Assembly (NCBI GenBank): GCA_001244265.2
Contig: CDLV01000009.1
Location: 124,001 to 188,000, forward strand
Direction: 5' to 3'
Length of the DNA stretch: 64,000 nt
Source: Microbotryum violaceum
Lineage: Eukaryota
Position 1 is the stretch's first letter; every line of letters begins with the position of its first letter. Positions 1 to 14,400 of the stretch are shown piece by piece. The position numbers and the translations under genes were made by a program. The notes under the pieces were generated by a model. It was given only the letters and a program-made list of their open reading frames with translations, was not told the DNA's origin and made no database searches.

Positions 1-2763
1 TGGTCCATCTCTTGGAGCGCCCGGAGATCGTCGAGCCCCGCAGCCCGGGTATGATAGGGCCCTCCAGCAGGTTGACCCACAGAGCCGTACGCGTTCGACT
101 GGATCCGAGCACCGATCCAGACTGCGACAAGAAGCGTACTCGTGAATATGATGGGAACACTCAGCCCCACTCAAGTGCACTCACCAACTCGAGAGAACCA
201 AGCAAAAGTGCCCAATCTCGGGCCCACCTCCGAATCCTGACCGTTCTCAGGCCACCAGATCGGGTTATCGCCTTCCTGACACCGCCCACTTTCAAACAGC
301 AACTCATCACAGGGCAGCAGTAACCGCACATCGTGTTCAGCCAGGGCGGTTGGCCAACCGACGCACGCTGACTCGAGTCGATCAACGCAGAGCACGGTCG
401 CCATCGTGCGCCGGCATTCTTCCAACATCAGCGGGTCGTCCGGTAGTTGGTGCAGTGCTGGTGGGCGCAAGCGCCGACTCGAAGTTTGCCCCGTCAGCCC
501 CGCCAGCCGATCCTCATCCATCCTGTGCAACCCCAACATGGCACTGATCCGGACGGCCTGGCCGATCGACAAAAAGGCCCTTTGGTGGTCCGAGCACCCC
601 ATCTCGATCATCGTACAGATGCACAACGCTTGCACGGTCTCCACCGTCAACGAGGCGATCGTCTTGCCGGTCGGTTGGACTCCAATCGCAATCGATGTCT
701 CGATCTTTTCGCGTGCTAAGAGGTAGAACGATCGCGATTGAGTGCGAACGGCCTCGTGGTCGTGGTAGGGTGCTGCGATCGCGAGGACGGCAAAGATGAG
801 GGAGAGCGAAGGGGGAGAGGCGAGCGAATGGGGGTTTTGGAGCGAACACAAGAACCTTGGTCGGTACAAGAAAGGCAGGTGGATGTGGGTTGTAGAAAAA
901 TAGATGTCGGTCCTTTGGATGTGGTGAGTAATCGCAGACAAAGTCAGCTGTGTTCAAAAAGCACTGGGGGACGAGACCCTGCCAAGCAAAGAGAACTCAC
1001 AAATCGAGCATCAACTCGGTGTCGGGCAGCCGAGCGCCCCACGCTCGCTGCAGATCCATGCCCTGCGTCTCGCTCTGACCCGTGGTTTGGGTCTGGGGGC
1101 CATGCGCGGTCCAGTTCGACTCGTTGTAATATCCCCCCTCCAAGTTGGCAGTGTCGAGACCAAGCAATGGGGTTTTGGAGGGAGGAGCCGGCTCGGGTGG
1201 GTACAGTCCAAGAGTCGCGTCGCCGAGACCGGGATTCGCATGAGCGCTCGACGACGGTGCGGCCAGAGAATGGGTCGGTAGGAGCGTCGCATTTTGGGTC
1301 GCGTCCAGCGGCGCGTTCATCAGATCCGCGAGCTGAGGACTCTGAGGATGGGTGACGCTATAAGGGAACGACTGCAGGTGCGAGCCGTTCAGCCCGACAG
1401 CAGCATTTGGACCCGCAACTCCTGCCCCCGGTCTAAAGACGAATGGTTTGTGTTCGGGCTCATCGAGCGAAGCCGGCGAGGAGCCGTGAGAAACGATCTG
1501 CGCCGAGGCCGGCTTGGAGTAGAGCGAATTCGCCGAGGATGAAATCGGGTCAGGTCTGGGGCCGTGTGGCAGTCGGTATCGAAACAGTTCCTCCTCAAGG
1601 GATTCTGTATGGGATTGTCGACATGTGTTTGGATCAGAATCAGTCATTCACCGCCGTCCTCGATGGATCGGAATGAGGGCAAGCCGCATCCCGGCGAAGT
1701 CACACGTCGACTTACGAACTTTGGCCACGAGTTCTCGTGTTCGTTCTTGCAGTTTCTCGTGCACCGGGTCTATTCAATACAAGTGTCAGTGTATGGTACA
1801 TCCATTGTGACTTGAACATTGCCGCTCTCAAAGCGAGCACTCACCTCCATATACGCAGTCATGCCCGAGTCGCACACAGGTCTGGCACTTGGGCCTCGAG
1901 CCATCGCACCTCTGTAGAAGGAGGAGATACGTGGGTGAGCGGACGGTCAAAGCCATACCGAGTAGGGTGCAAACACATACCAGCTTCTTTTTGCGACAGG
2001 CGGTGCAAGCAGCCCCCCGAGGCAACGGCTTGATCTCGTCCCGGCGGCCCCCACCGGAGCCCGTAGCTTGTGTTCCTAAAGCCACTGGTGCCGACGATGA
2101 TGATGTGTGTGTTGACGATGCTGACGATGCGGTCGGGTTCGTCTTGCTCGAGGTCGAGGTCGGGTCCGAGTTGTTTGGCGGTGAGCGTGACGAGGTCGCA
2201 TTAGGCGTCGTAGTGCTCCCCGATGCGGTCATCATTGGTGTCGCCAACAACAGGGGGCGTTCGGCCGTTTGCGAACTGGGACCGAAACCCGTCGGGATGG
2301 TGGCGGCGACGGCGGTCGGACTGGCGGAGCTAGAGCCAGCGGCGGCAGCGGCGCTTGCAGCCGGGCGCGTGCCAGTCGCTGACGCACCACTGACCTTCGT
2401 CGCACCGGCGCCGTGCATGACGATCTGTCGCTGCTGCTGGTGATGCAGGCCCGGGTCAAAGTTGAAGGAAGACAGAGAAGAAGACATGTGATCGTGAGGT
2501 GGTTGGTGTGGCATGTGCTGGGTAGGGTGGTTGTGGTCGTACCCGTATCGAACCGAAGGCGCCGTCGTGCCCAAGCCCAGGGTGCCCCCGTGAGCCATTG
2601 CCGACGGACCGTGGTGATGTCCAAAGTCGGCCGAGGATGTCATCGTCGGAGTCGGGGTCGAGTCGGTTCGGGCTCGTTTTGAGCTCGGCGGTCCGCCAAG
2701 CACGGTGGACGACGACACTACTCCTGCTCCTGCTCGACCAGAAGTGCTCGACTCGTGAAGCAT
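1..2763 (-). CDS. Zn(II)2Cys6 fungal transcription factor with a fungal-specific (Fungal_trans) middle region; multi-exon, 3' end runs off the window start
   Basis: Removing intron 1980-1912 (GTATGT...CAG) gives CTACRKKKLRCDGSRPKCQTCVRLGHDC, a binuclear zinc cluster. The 171-941 exon has YFSTTHIHLPFL, ETVQALC, AMLGLHRMD and EECRRT motifs. Probable ATG at 2763 (MLHESS). Confidence 0.9.
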
Positions 2764-5700
2764 CGCCCCTGATCTATGACTCCGTCGTCGAACTGAGCCA
2801 AACTGCTTGCTGGACGCTAAAGACCGTGCGCGCGGGCGGACTCGCAAGTTCGGTGGATCACGCGCAAGGCCCAATCGTCGTCGTCGCCAGTGTACCGAAA
2901 GGCAAGAGATGACAACGAATCCGGGGCAATAGTAAGTGGAAGAGATGAGGGGGAGAGAGGAGGGAGGGGCAAACTCAAAGAAGGCAAACGGACCCAATCG
3001 GGCAGGCACGTAGGCTCACGTAGGTGACTTTCTTGGGAGGACGTGAAGTGAAAAAAAAAATGTGGAGCGAAAACCAAATCACCGAAGCCAGTCGACGAGA
3101 GTCTGGCTAAACTTGGGGCTGAGCGGCTTGATAACCCCGCGGCGCTTTCCGCGACGGGACCTGAATCCGACGTCTGATCCCCTCAATCTGGCTGACGATT
3201 GGGGCTCGTTACGACGGACGACGCACGAGTCTACCGCGCCAGCATGGGCCTCTAGTCGATCGGACTCGTCAACTCTTTGCCGGTTGGCCCCATCGCCGGA
3301 GCACATCGCCGAGTTCAAACGCCAAACAGGGATCGAAAAAAACACCGATTCGAAAGGTGTCTGGGAAATTTCTTGGCTGCTTTCAGTGATTCCAACTTGG
3401 GAAGGATTCGGTATTATCGGAGAGAAACAGCCAGAACAAGTAGGACATAGGGTGGCACCCTGATTATCGGCGGACGAGAGGAAGCGCCAGCGAGCATGTC
3501 GGTGTCCTGGGGTGGGGCGCGTAACCTTAAAAGCTTGTTCCAAGCTGCTTCAATTTCACACGAGCACTTGGACCTCTACACCCAGCATGCACGAGAGATA
3601 GGTGTAAGGTGTAAAAACCTTTGCTTACCTTCCAGTTTACTAGAACGCCCCTCAACAACGCGGGACCGTCAAAGCAGGGAATCCAAGAAACTACCGCATG
3701 AACTTTGCCTTTGGCGCGTTGCATGCCAAAGACACTCTCAATACGGAAGTTAGTCGTCAACAACGCTTGAAGACCTTAGAGTCATTTTTTCAGATCTGTC
3801 AGGTACCGATAAAATGACTCTCGTCAAACGATGGAAAGTAGACCCAATCGCAGCATGGCACCTGAAGACGAGCCGGTGTGATGCATAGAAGGATCGGAGC
3901 CAGAAGCTTCTCATCTTGGCCATGGAACCATTTCCCTCGAGTGATCGCTCAGCAGCGCCAGCGGGCGCTTGTTGAACTAACCCCCTTCAAGAATTCAAGC
4001 CAAAAGCAACGGTCCGGGGCGTGGGCGCCACGAGCGTTCGAGTGACCTTCGCCTGAATTAGAGTGATCGAAGACTCGCTCGGCGCTTTACTCGAGGCGAG
4101 TGCAACGACTCGAGCAGGACTCTCGTTGCGCGATGCACGACACTTTATTGCTCGCAACGTAGCGTGGCCAGCAGAGGCCTAATGATAAAGCGAGATCTGA
4201 TCCACGTAATCTGATCAAGAAGCGTCGTCTGATCACGACTTGGAGGCGGTCGAGCAGATCTCTGAAGTGATGACCAGTGGGGCTGCTCGGTCAAGTCGCC
4301 GACAACCATCGTCATCCTGATCGCGCATTTATCCAGCCGCGCGCCTACGGGGTTTTATTTTTATTTTTTCTTTCTTTCCATGTATAATCTATGACCAATA
4401 ATCTAAGATTTTGTTAACAGCATGAATAGTAGATTGAATAGAAGTCTTCGGAAAAGTCGGAGCAGTATTCAGGCACACTGACTAGCCAGTCTTCAAATTT
4501 TCCAAATGATCGGCCTGTTAGCATCATTTGCATGACGCAGTGTGATCACCGCGTTAGCGGTGCATTTCGCAGCACACAGTGATGGTCTTTTCGGCTTTCA
4601 CTGCTGTTGTCCTTCGTCTTGCTGCAACTCGAACCACTGTTCCGCTACAGCTCGCGCGAGTGGTCAGGGGAGTCGAGACACTGTACGAGGGCTCCTAATT
4701 CCACTAATTAGGCCCACAGGAAGAAGCACGCGACAGCCGCTCATGGGCATGTGAGAACCATAAGAGAACACGTGACTTGCAGTTGCTTGCTTGTCACAAC
4801 TTCTTGCAATAGACGGCCTGCTTCATGATTTGATCGCTCGGGTAAAGAGTGGAGGTATGTTCTACCTGCCTAATAGTCTAAGACCAAGCCTGCTAATCCG
4901 TCCTGCTGCATAAGATCTAAAGAAATTCGTCTCGAAGCATCGCCAAAAAAAGCTTTGCCGCTCATTTTAAATTGAGCGCGGATCAACAAACGCCCACTAC
5001 TCTGAGGATGCGCGGCGGAGGCCGGATACTTTACGTAAATCTAAACCTACAACCGCGGTACCTTCCAGACTCCTCTCCCTGTACCATCAACAGGCTGACG
5101 AGGAGTGATAACCCCTTTCTTTGTTCCGCGAGAGTACCTTACCGACTTTGAAAAACCCAACGACATGCGAAAGAATATCTCCCGAAGCTGTGGAACAACC
5201 ACTCCACCGAGATCTGAGGACTCTCGAGTACAAACTGCTATTCGTACCCGCTAATTAAGGAATCTGGATCGTGCTGAGCCATACTTGATCGTGCTCCGGG
5301 AATCTTTAGCCTTCGGGTGGCGAGCGCGAGCCGTTGACGAGCACGGCAGGTTTCTGGAGCGCTGTCCAATAGGGGGTCTCAATTACGCAGCCTCCGAGTC
5401 AAATGTCTCAAAGTCGTTTCCAGACCTAGCGGAAGCAATAGGCGCACGTTTCTTTTTTTCCATAGTTCTTTTTTGTCGTAGACAGTACCGGTGGGCCCCC
5501 GAGCAGCCTTCCGTACGGGTTTGTAAGTTTACCCCGCTGCTCAAGTCGAGAAACTTTCCTGCTGCTCGTGAACGAGATTCGTGCTGAGGACTGGAGCTAA
5601 TGACCTCGACATTGGGGACCGTGCTCAAGCACTATGCTTGAGCTCAAGATGCCATGTATGCAGCATCAACAACTCCCAACAGGACGGCAGTCGCTGTTTT

Positions 5701-6566
5701 GGCGACAAAACTGCGGAACCATTGGCCAGACTGTGTCTGAGACAACGCACGCGGCGACGGCTGCTCGGATACCGCGAGACTGACGCGGTGGAACATCGCT
5801 AGCGCCGATGGGCAGGCCATCGTCGACACTTTGAAAACTAATCCGCCTGGGCCACCTAACACATTTGAATGCCGATCATAATTGCTTCAAGCTCAGCGAC
5901 CTCGCTTCGCCGACCTCGCTTCGCCGCTGTCTTTCGTAAAGCAGAAAGCCGGGCCGAGACACAGTGAGGCCAGCATCCGACCAGGGAGTTGCGTGCAGTG
6001 CTTGTTTCGACACTACACGAACTCTCTCAACTCGCCCAAGGTTCCACTACGAGAGGCTACTTTCATTTTGCGACAGCCGGGAAGTGGTCCCTCTGTTGCA
6101 CTACTCACCCACCCCAGCTTCGACCGCCTAGTCGGACTTGATTTCGAAGCTCACACTGCAGGGCCGCCGCGCACTCTTCGCGTACTTCCAGTTGTGAATC
6201 GCATTTGAGACGCACGAAGGCTTCGATATCCCGAAGGAGCGTTCGGACTGTAACGAGAAAGCTCACGAACTGTTCCTCACTTGGTTCTCGCGTCTATCCT
6301 CGAAAAGACCGCTTGCTTTACAATGTAAGTATAGCCCGTCCGTCTCGAACCTTGGCGGCTACTCACGACTCGGAGGTCCCTAGCTATAGTGAGATGACCG
6401 CCGCCCGCGAGCGTCGAGGTCTGAGCCGCCGAGTCTGCAATGCAAGCCACCGGACTTTGAGACTCGAGAGCTCAGCCTCGCCCTCCGCTGCATACGAGTT
6501 TTGTAATGTGCTCGAGTTGACGGAACATTTACCTTTTCTCGTTTTCCAAACTCGATCCATCCAGCA

Positions 6567-9500
6567 ATGGTACTCTCGAGCGCTGTGCTGATGCCACCCT
6601 CGCGAGCTGGATCGCCGGAACAAGAATCACGCCCCTCGGCGGTACCTCGAAGTTCGTTCTCCGCTCCTCGGGGCATCGCAATCGGAACGAAGACGCACGA
6701 GGACGGTAGGATTAATGACCCTGTATTGGTACCACTGCCTCCGTCACCCGAAGAGGCGGGATCATCTCCGCTCCTTCCTTCGAATGGACCTTTTCGCTCA
6801 CGAAGACCGAGCCGCCCAGGACCGATCGTGATTCCTCCCCGTGCGATCTTGCAAGAGCCATACTACGTCGCACCCTCTCCCATCCCCAGCGTATCGACAT
6901 CCAGCTCGATCTGGCCACCTCCACTCCCAGCGTCGCAACCGCGAGGACCCCGTCTTGACGTGCCTGTCTCGAGTGTGCCTTTCAATCCCGGATGGACGAC
7001 ACCTTTTCCTTCCGTCCAACTGGAAGCCTCCCCTCCGCGACCGAAACGACCTCCAAGACCCGACGAAGCCTTGATGTTTGCTTCTCCACTCCCTTTTCCT
7101 GGCTACAAGCACCTGCTTCAATCACCGACTTCGGACACCACTGCCGTCCACGGCGGGATCCGCGAGCGCGTCGACCTCTTCACATTCCTGCACGAAACGA
7201 CGCACGCTTCCTCACCATCGGTGGCTGCGCGATCTCCCATCTCCCCCATTAGATCGACGCAATCTTTTGATGGGATATCGCCATCGAAGCGTCGGAAACC
7301 TGTGCCCAAATACGAAGCTTCGCCTGTGCGCAGAGGTCCAGCTTCACCCAGGGGCGCTCCGCCACCGACTTCGCCGGCTCGCAGTGCGAAGGTTCAAGGA
7401 AACCCAGCGACACCGAATAGACTCAGCATTGGAGGGTTCAAGGCTCTGCTTGCGCGTGGCGTACCTCCTGTCTCCTCTTGCGTAGGCGCCGGGCGTAAAC
7501 AAGGACTGGGCGATGTCGACGAGGAAGATCTCGCGGCGCAGCGACTCCGTAGCGCATTTGCGACCGACGAGTCGCCCAAGGGCGGCAAGCGAAGGGCGAC
7601 TTTTCACGGCGATGGCATCGAATTCGAGATGGACCCTGACGATACTAGTAATACACGTACGTCGGGGCTGGTACGGTCTCGCAAGGCTCACAACAAGACC
7701 TTTTCGTGGTCCGAAAAGCTGCGACAAAGTCCCTGGATTCCCAGATGGATGGCTCGGAAAGACACAACCGGTCGACGAGCTTCTCGCGAGATTGGTTTCC
7801 GTAACGTCGGCATCGCCCCCGTTTTGGCCACGAGCGACAACCCTGGCTCAATACAAGTTATCTCTCACAACACTTGGAAAGAACAAGCACCTTCGACAGC
7901 AGCCAAGGTGAACCGCAATTTTCACTGCACAATACATCGCAACAAAGTGGTGGCATAAGGCGTCGAAGCAGTGCTGTACAGCAAGAAGACAAAGAAGCCA
8001 ACAAGGGCCTAGGAGAGGTGATCGTGATGCCGAGCTCGTGGGAAAACTAGTGTATCTACGCTCCCGAGCGGCAAGGCGAGCTGATTCTGCATCCCTTGCG
8101 GATCAACTTGAGCGCACTCGACTATCGAAACCGACTTATGCGACTTGTCTATCTCTTGTACTCGCTTCTAATCGTATTCCCCATTCCAACAACCCTCTTC
8201 CTCGACTACAACGTCATCTACGCGCTCGTGCAGATTGCTCTGTCGCCTTCCTTACCGACTGCGTCCGTTTTGGCTCGACGGAATCTCGTCGGTGTGCCTA
8301 CGCTAAGGTCGAGCACTCCCTGGTGGATCGCGACGGGACTATACGCGGGGTGCACTACGCTCTGGATTTTGGTCGTATGCACCTGGTTGGGTTTTGTTCG
8401 GGGATACGTGCGGCACTGGCACAGGGGTGATGTGGCGATCACCAAAGTGTATCAAAACTTGACGTGAGTGATGCGTGCTCCGGACAATGTAGGACGGCGC
8501 TAATGAAGTGACTACCCCCATTCAACAGCTCCTTCCACTCTGCATCTTTGTCATCCTTCTCGACCTTCTCGATGTTGTCGCGTGTTCGTCTCGCCCCATT
8601 GCTGCGCTCCAGTGTCTTGTCCAAGTCGGTCGTGGGGAATCGGCGATCGGATTGGTTCATTGAGACGTGCCACTACTACCGTCAAGGTGAGCATCACTGT
8701 TCCATCGAACACCCTGAAAGATGTGGAGCTGACCTGAGTACTGCTCGTCGACCTAGGCTGGCCGACACTCTTGCTTCTGGCACCGAGAGCCGGACTCTCG
8801 CTGGCGCTCCTCCTCCTTTTCGGTACGACGGCATACGGCTCTGCGAGCTCAGTAGCTTCGAGTCGAGACTCGGCCTACTTCAACCGTGATGGAACATTGA
8901 CTTCGTTCTCGGTCGGATTACTGATGGCGTAAGTTCCCACTAGTAGTTCTACTCACATTCAATAGCTCGAGAACGAAATTTGACCTCTCGCCAATCTGTC
9001 TACAGTAACCTCGTTTGGGCCGCCTGGCACCTACTCTTGTAGTCCCTAGCCGTCGTCGGCATCGGCTTCTACAAGCTCTTTCCGTTGTCGTCGCATCCTT
9101 TCAGGGCGGCCTCCGACTCATCTCTCCTGGACCTTACTCGTACGGTGTCGTCCGACTCTGGTCAGCCCTCCGGTTGGCGCTCTCGACGGGACCGGCGATT
9201 GCGCGCAGCGATCTTGTTGTGCCTCCCCCGCTCAAGTCGATCGTACTCATCACTTTCCGGAAGACATACCTCCGAATTCAAGGGCGGTCACTTTCATGCC
9301 AAGTCCATTTCGTCACCCGAGTTGCTCCAAGCGCCTTCCCGACCCGCACCGCTTGGACTCGCTCCCCAAAGTGTCCTTGTGGCGAAGCGCGACAAACGAG
9401 CTGGATCCACAGCTGGGAAGGAGAAAGAGAACTGTACGATGCATATGGACGCTACGCAGAGGCAAAAGATGGCTGACCTGGATTACGAGCGTCGTAAGCT

Positions 9501-10676
9501 CGCGCGTGACCATGCTGCGGCGACACTGTCGGGTCAGCGACCCATGGCTTCCTCGCCTCCTGGCGTGCGCTTCCCTTACGTCCTCCCCACACCTCGCATC
9601 AGCGAGACGCCTTTCATGAGCCGCGAGATTAATATGTTCAGCGACGAAGCTGTTCGCGTCCCCTTGCCCGAAAGGAGTCCAGAGCCAACGACGAGGGGAA
9701 GCCAACGACGAGGGGCGTCTCGAGCCCTCTTGGCCTGGTCAGCCCCTCGACGCTGTTGGAAGGGACTGCGCGAGCAGTAATGGCTAGAAGCGTCTTTGGG
9801 GTTTTTGGGTAGTTTAAGCCATTTTGGCCAGGGAGGCGCGGACTGCGTCAGCGGCGGTGCGGAGTCCTCTTGATTGGTTCCTCACCAATCATTGACTCTG
9901 CTATCGACCGTTGACTGAAGTTCGTGTTCTCGTCTCCCTGGACCAAAGGTGTGTAATTAACCAATCATTGACTCTGCTGTCGACCGTTGACTGAAGTTCG
10001 TGTTCTCGTCTCCCTGGACCAAAGATCGCCTCGCACCGAAATTTAACTGACGCGACAAAGACGGTTCGCTGCGCGATCGCCGGCCGCTCCCGAGCTGCGA
10101 CTCGACCTCAGTGCTGTGGCGGATGAGTCGAACCTTCTCCGCCCTCCACTCAAATCGCACTTTTCTCTCGCCTCGGACCTGACGGGCGTCGCCAAAACCT
10201 CCTCACCTATGACCCCGGGCGGTGTGGACTTTTTTACGGGGCCTCCGGCGACAATGCGACTCGCCGAGTCGGAAGCGACCCGACCTTCGGCAGGCTTAGT
10301 TCCACCCTCGCCGTTCGAAATGAAGTCCCCTCCCTCCCTTCCTTCCTCGGCCACTGAACCAGCGACGTCCCCGATCGATGTCTCCCGCACCCCCAACGAC
10401 AGGGGTGTTGGCGAGGGAGAAGACTGGATTGCCGCAGCAGCGACAACGATGCACGTTCGGGAACTACAAGCGACGCGTAACCTGACGGACACGGTTATTG
10501 AGCGTCGAAGCATCTCCGAGCGCCTGCTCCTAGAAGTGCAAAGGCTCAGCGAGGCGGAGGAAGCCGTCCGACGCGATGAGCGTCGACTTGCGTCCTTGAC
10601 GTATCGGCGAAGTTTCGTCGGCGGGGATCCTGCAGACTGGCCTCGGGGTTACGATTCAATCCCCCTTCATCGCTAG
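6567..10676 (+). CDS. Uncharacterised multi-exon protein with a Pro/Ser-rich N-terminus, several predicted TM helices and a low-complexity C-terminus; may be more than one gene and may extend to ~11053
   Basis: Co-directional ORFs 6567-7958, 8096-8467 (hydrophobic LMRLVYLLYSLLIVFPIPTTLFLDYNVIYALVQIAL and WWIATGLYAGCTTLWILVV), 8548-8690, 9085-9780 and 10116-10676, with GT-AG signals between them. Confidence 0.55.
9885..10024. repeat. 64-bp direct repeat (9885-9948 and 9961-10024; one mismatch; 12-bp spacer)
   Basis: CCAATCATTGACTCTGCT(A/G)TCGACCGTTGACTGAAGTTCGTGTTCTCGTCTCCCTGGACCAAAG occurs twice. Confidence 0.95.
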
Positions 10677-11497
10677 TATCCGAGCTGCGTCATCACCCGT
10701 GCAGCAAGAACGATCGCCGGCCCTACCTTTCATTCCGCAACTTGGTTCTCTCGAGGTTACGCCTCGCATGTCGGAGATGGCGTCAAACAATGATCCTTCT
10801 CAAGCGCTGCTCCCTTCGTTCTTCTTCCTATAGCTCCCCCAACACGAATCAAGCCGGTCTAGCGATCGATACGGACTCGGACCCTGGACCTGCAACAGGT
10901 GACGACTCCAGGTCTCTGAACCCCGCCGCGGCACTCTTGACGACGGCGACGATCAGCGAAGCCGGTGTAGACCGCTACAACGTCGGTAGCAGCGTCGCCC
11001 CACGACCATCCCCACCTTCGCTCGTCGGAAGGTCACCTTACGCCTTACCTTGAGCCTCGACAAGCACGGGTACGTTCGGCATCGCCAAGTCTCGCGAGTC
11101 GAGGATCAACCCTGACGGAGGGGTGGGCGAACCGGTCCCCGAGGTCCCAGAGACGGGCCCTTCTTCCTCGGCATAGACAATGTTACTTTCTCTTCTCCAC
11201 CTATACCCCAGTTTACTCACTTTTCCCTTCCTTTTCTTCACTCCGCATTATACGGCCGGAACGAATAATATATGCCTATATTCTTTTGGACTCTCTGGTT
11301 CTCTTTTCATATACCCCTCCCACCTCCTAGCAGTCGAGGTTTGACGTAGTGCTTCAACATCATGTGACATGAATGACACCTCGTGCACGTATTGGCCCTA
11401 GCGCGAGCTCGTCTTTTGAAAGAGTGCTAAGAATCTGAATTGCAAGCGATCTGACAAACAACTATGATCTGACCCAACAACTAGGACCCGAAAGTAC

Positions 11498-14400
11498 TCA
11501 GACCAAAAAGTCAGCGACGCGTTTCGTCGTCCTGACGGCATTGGAGAACCCTTCGTGAAAACGGTAGACGGCCTTGATCGCTCGAGGTTGGACGACAAAG
11601 TTGGCTGGTAAAGGCACGTGAAGTTTGTTAGTGATCGAATATCGGGGGCAGAGTATGGGATTGGAAGAGACTTTACCCTGCGGACCTTCCGAAGCGGCGA
11701 CGGGTTTGGCCACGATGGCCCGACCGAAGAAGTCGATGGCTTCCTTCACGCCCGAAGCGGCACCATTCGCAGCATTTGGTTTTCTGAAGTCGCGCCCCAA
11801 AGAGGTGAACCTATCAGCCCCCGAAAAACTTCTAAACGACTTGCGCAAAGCACTCACACGTTGTAAGCCGCCAGGATATCCCCAGCCGTCGTCTTGGTCG
11901 CCGCGGCGGCACCATGCCTCTCGCTCCTCCGAATGACCTCGGCTTCCATCTCTCTCGTGACGAGATGTCGAACGGCATACCTCGACGCCGCGATATCTGT
12001 CGCTCGCTTCCCTTCAAAATGAACAAAGACGTCGATGGGTCTGCCGTGCGGCCAAGAACCGTCAGCCTATCGCAAAGGCCAAAGCCGAACCAAAAGCGAG
12101 CTCATCCGAACTCACGGTTCCAACTTGTACATCAACTGCCCCTCCTCGTTTTTGTCCTGCACGAACGCCAAACCTAAACCCAACATTGTATTGACCAACT
12201 TGATCAACACGACCCTATCCTCGGCCTTGATCAATTGGCTATTGATGGGTTTCAATTCGGGGGAGAGGATGCGGTTGAGGAGAGGGAGTAGTTCGGCGGA
12301 TACGTTGGGGCCTGTGAAGAGGGATTTGAGGCCTTGGGGCAGTTGCGAGGAGAAGGTTTGCACAATCTCTTGGTGCGCGATGCGTTTAAGGTAGGCCTGC
12401 AAATAAAGGAGTCGTTCCCAGGATTGTCAGCGTGATGCGCAGCGAACGCAAAGACGGAAAAACGTACCTCGTAATCGGCCTTGGGGAACTCGAGCGGGAT
12501 CGTCGAATGACTACTAAACAACTTGTACCACGGCGCAAAGGCATACGGCACGTAACCCAATAACTCGTAATCCCGATCAGACCTCAACCTCCCATCCAAA
12601 CGATCATACAAGAAGAGCCAATCCAGCGCCTCGTTGATCCTCGGCCAGGTATCGGTCAATTGTTTCGCGCTGAGATAGTTCTCGAAACATCCTTGCGAAA
12701 TCTTTTCGTATTCACCACAGGTTTGGACGTCGCGTGTGATACGGTTCACGAACCGATCGTCGGAATTACCCCCACCCTTTTTGCGAGGAGGTTTCTTGAA
12801 CAACCGGTCGATGACTTGAGTCGCCGAAGTGCCGGTGTCTTTGAGGCCTACGATCGTCGATCGGATCGCTTTCTCATCGACGTGCGTACTTCGCCGTTTG
12901 ATGAACTGTGGAGGCGAAAAACCTCTCGACATCAGCCATCCTATCTCGCGGGCGCAAAAGCACACCGATGTCGAGTTCCCATGGCCCCCCACCTGTAAAG
13001 TATTAAGACAACTCCTTAGATCCCCCTCTGCGACCTCGGCCAACATGGTCAAGTTCTTCGAATCAGCGCCGAGACCTTCCTCGTCGCAGATCGTCCTCAA
13101 GCGCTTGACTAGCATCGTGTTCGTCGGTGCGGAGAAGCGCACGATCTTGGCCATTGGTCGAAGAGGACGTAGAGTTGGTGCGTAGCTGAGGGAGTACAAC
13201 TGCGCAGTCAGTGCCTACGAGTTTCAGAAGGTATCGTTGACATACGCACAGGTCATTGCAGATGCAAATGATGGGTCGCAGCAGCGGCCGATCCTTTTTA
13301 CCCTTTCCTCGGTATTTCCTGTTCGAGCTCCCCTCATTGACCAACTTGACCAAAGTCCTAACGAAACTCTGTGTTGACGCAAACACCAAGCTTCAGCACT
13401 GATTCATAACCGCGTTGAACTGCAACACCTCACCGAAAACTCACCGACTCGCCCCCACCCCCCGCCCCATCCACCTCATCGATAATCACACAAGTCGGTT
13501 TATTCCCCTTCAACCTTCCATCCATCGTCAATGCCGTACTCTCCAACGCGTTCCGAATGCGATCCTCGATCACTTTACCCGTTCGATCGTCCGAGGCGTT
13601 AACTTCGAGGACTTGGTAGCCCGCCTGTTGGGCCAGGACGTAGGCTAGGGTCGTTTTTCCCAATCCGGGTGGTCCGCAGAGGAGCATGACCTAGTGACCA
13701 AAAAAAAGAAGGGCGCAGATCAGCAAACCCTCTCAACCTCTCCCTAACGTCAGGCAAACACCACTCACCTTCTCCTGCGGTCTCCCATAAGGGTCCGAAT
13801 ACACCATCCCACCCTCCCCTACACCCCCATCCTTTCCTGCCCCTGCCCCTCCAAACCCTCCTTCCCTAGCCCTCTTCTTCCTCCTCTCCTTCCTCAGCTC
13901 GGCAGCAGCGTTGTTCTTGCCGTGGTGATTCTTGAACACGCATTGGTCCCATTCTTTAAGCCATAAGAGCGCCGAACGGTGAATACGCTGTTGGAGGAGG
14001 TCGAGCATACGCTACAATGAGTGCATGCCCAAACGCACACGTGGTTTTAGTGTTTGGTGGGGGGACTCACCTCGTCGCCCAACAGATCGGTGAACCTCTT
14101 GGGTTTATACCGATCGGTCCAAAGTGTCGTCTCGGGTGGGTTCATCCCAACGTCCTGAACCAGATGCGCATTCGTACTATTATACCACGATCAACGAATC
14201 AACATACATCAGCATCGTCAACTGCATCCTACCTCGACCGAGAAGCAACGCACGCATCAGCCTCGAGTTGCTTGCGCGCCAAGATATGTTCCTGCTGAAT
14301 TTGTTCGACCATACGATGGTACGGCGTTTCGAGCATCGAATGTGCCAATCTCTCTAACGCTTCAGCATCTTCCTTCTGTTGAACAAAACACCCCAAAATT

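Noticed and set aside
9885-10024. Repeat-spacer-repeat resembling a CRISPR unit
   Set aside because: Only two 64-bp copies with a 12-bp spacer in a eukaryotic gene; no cas genes.
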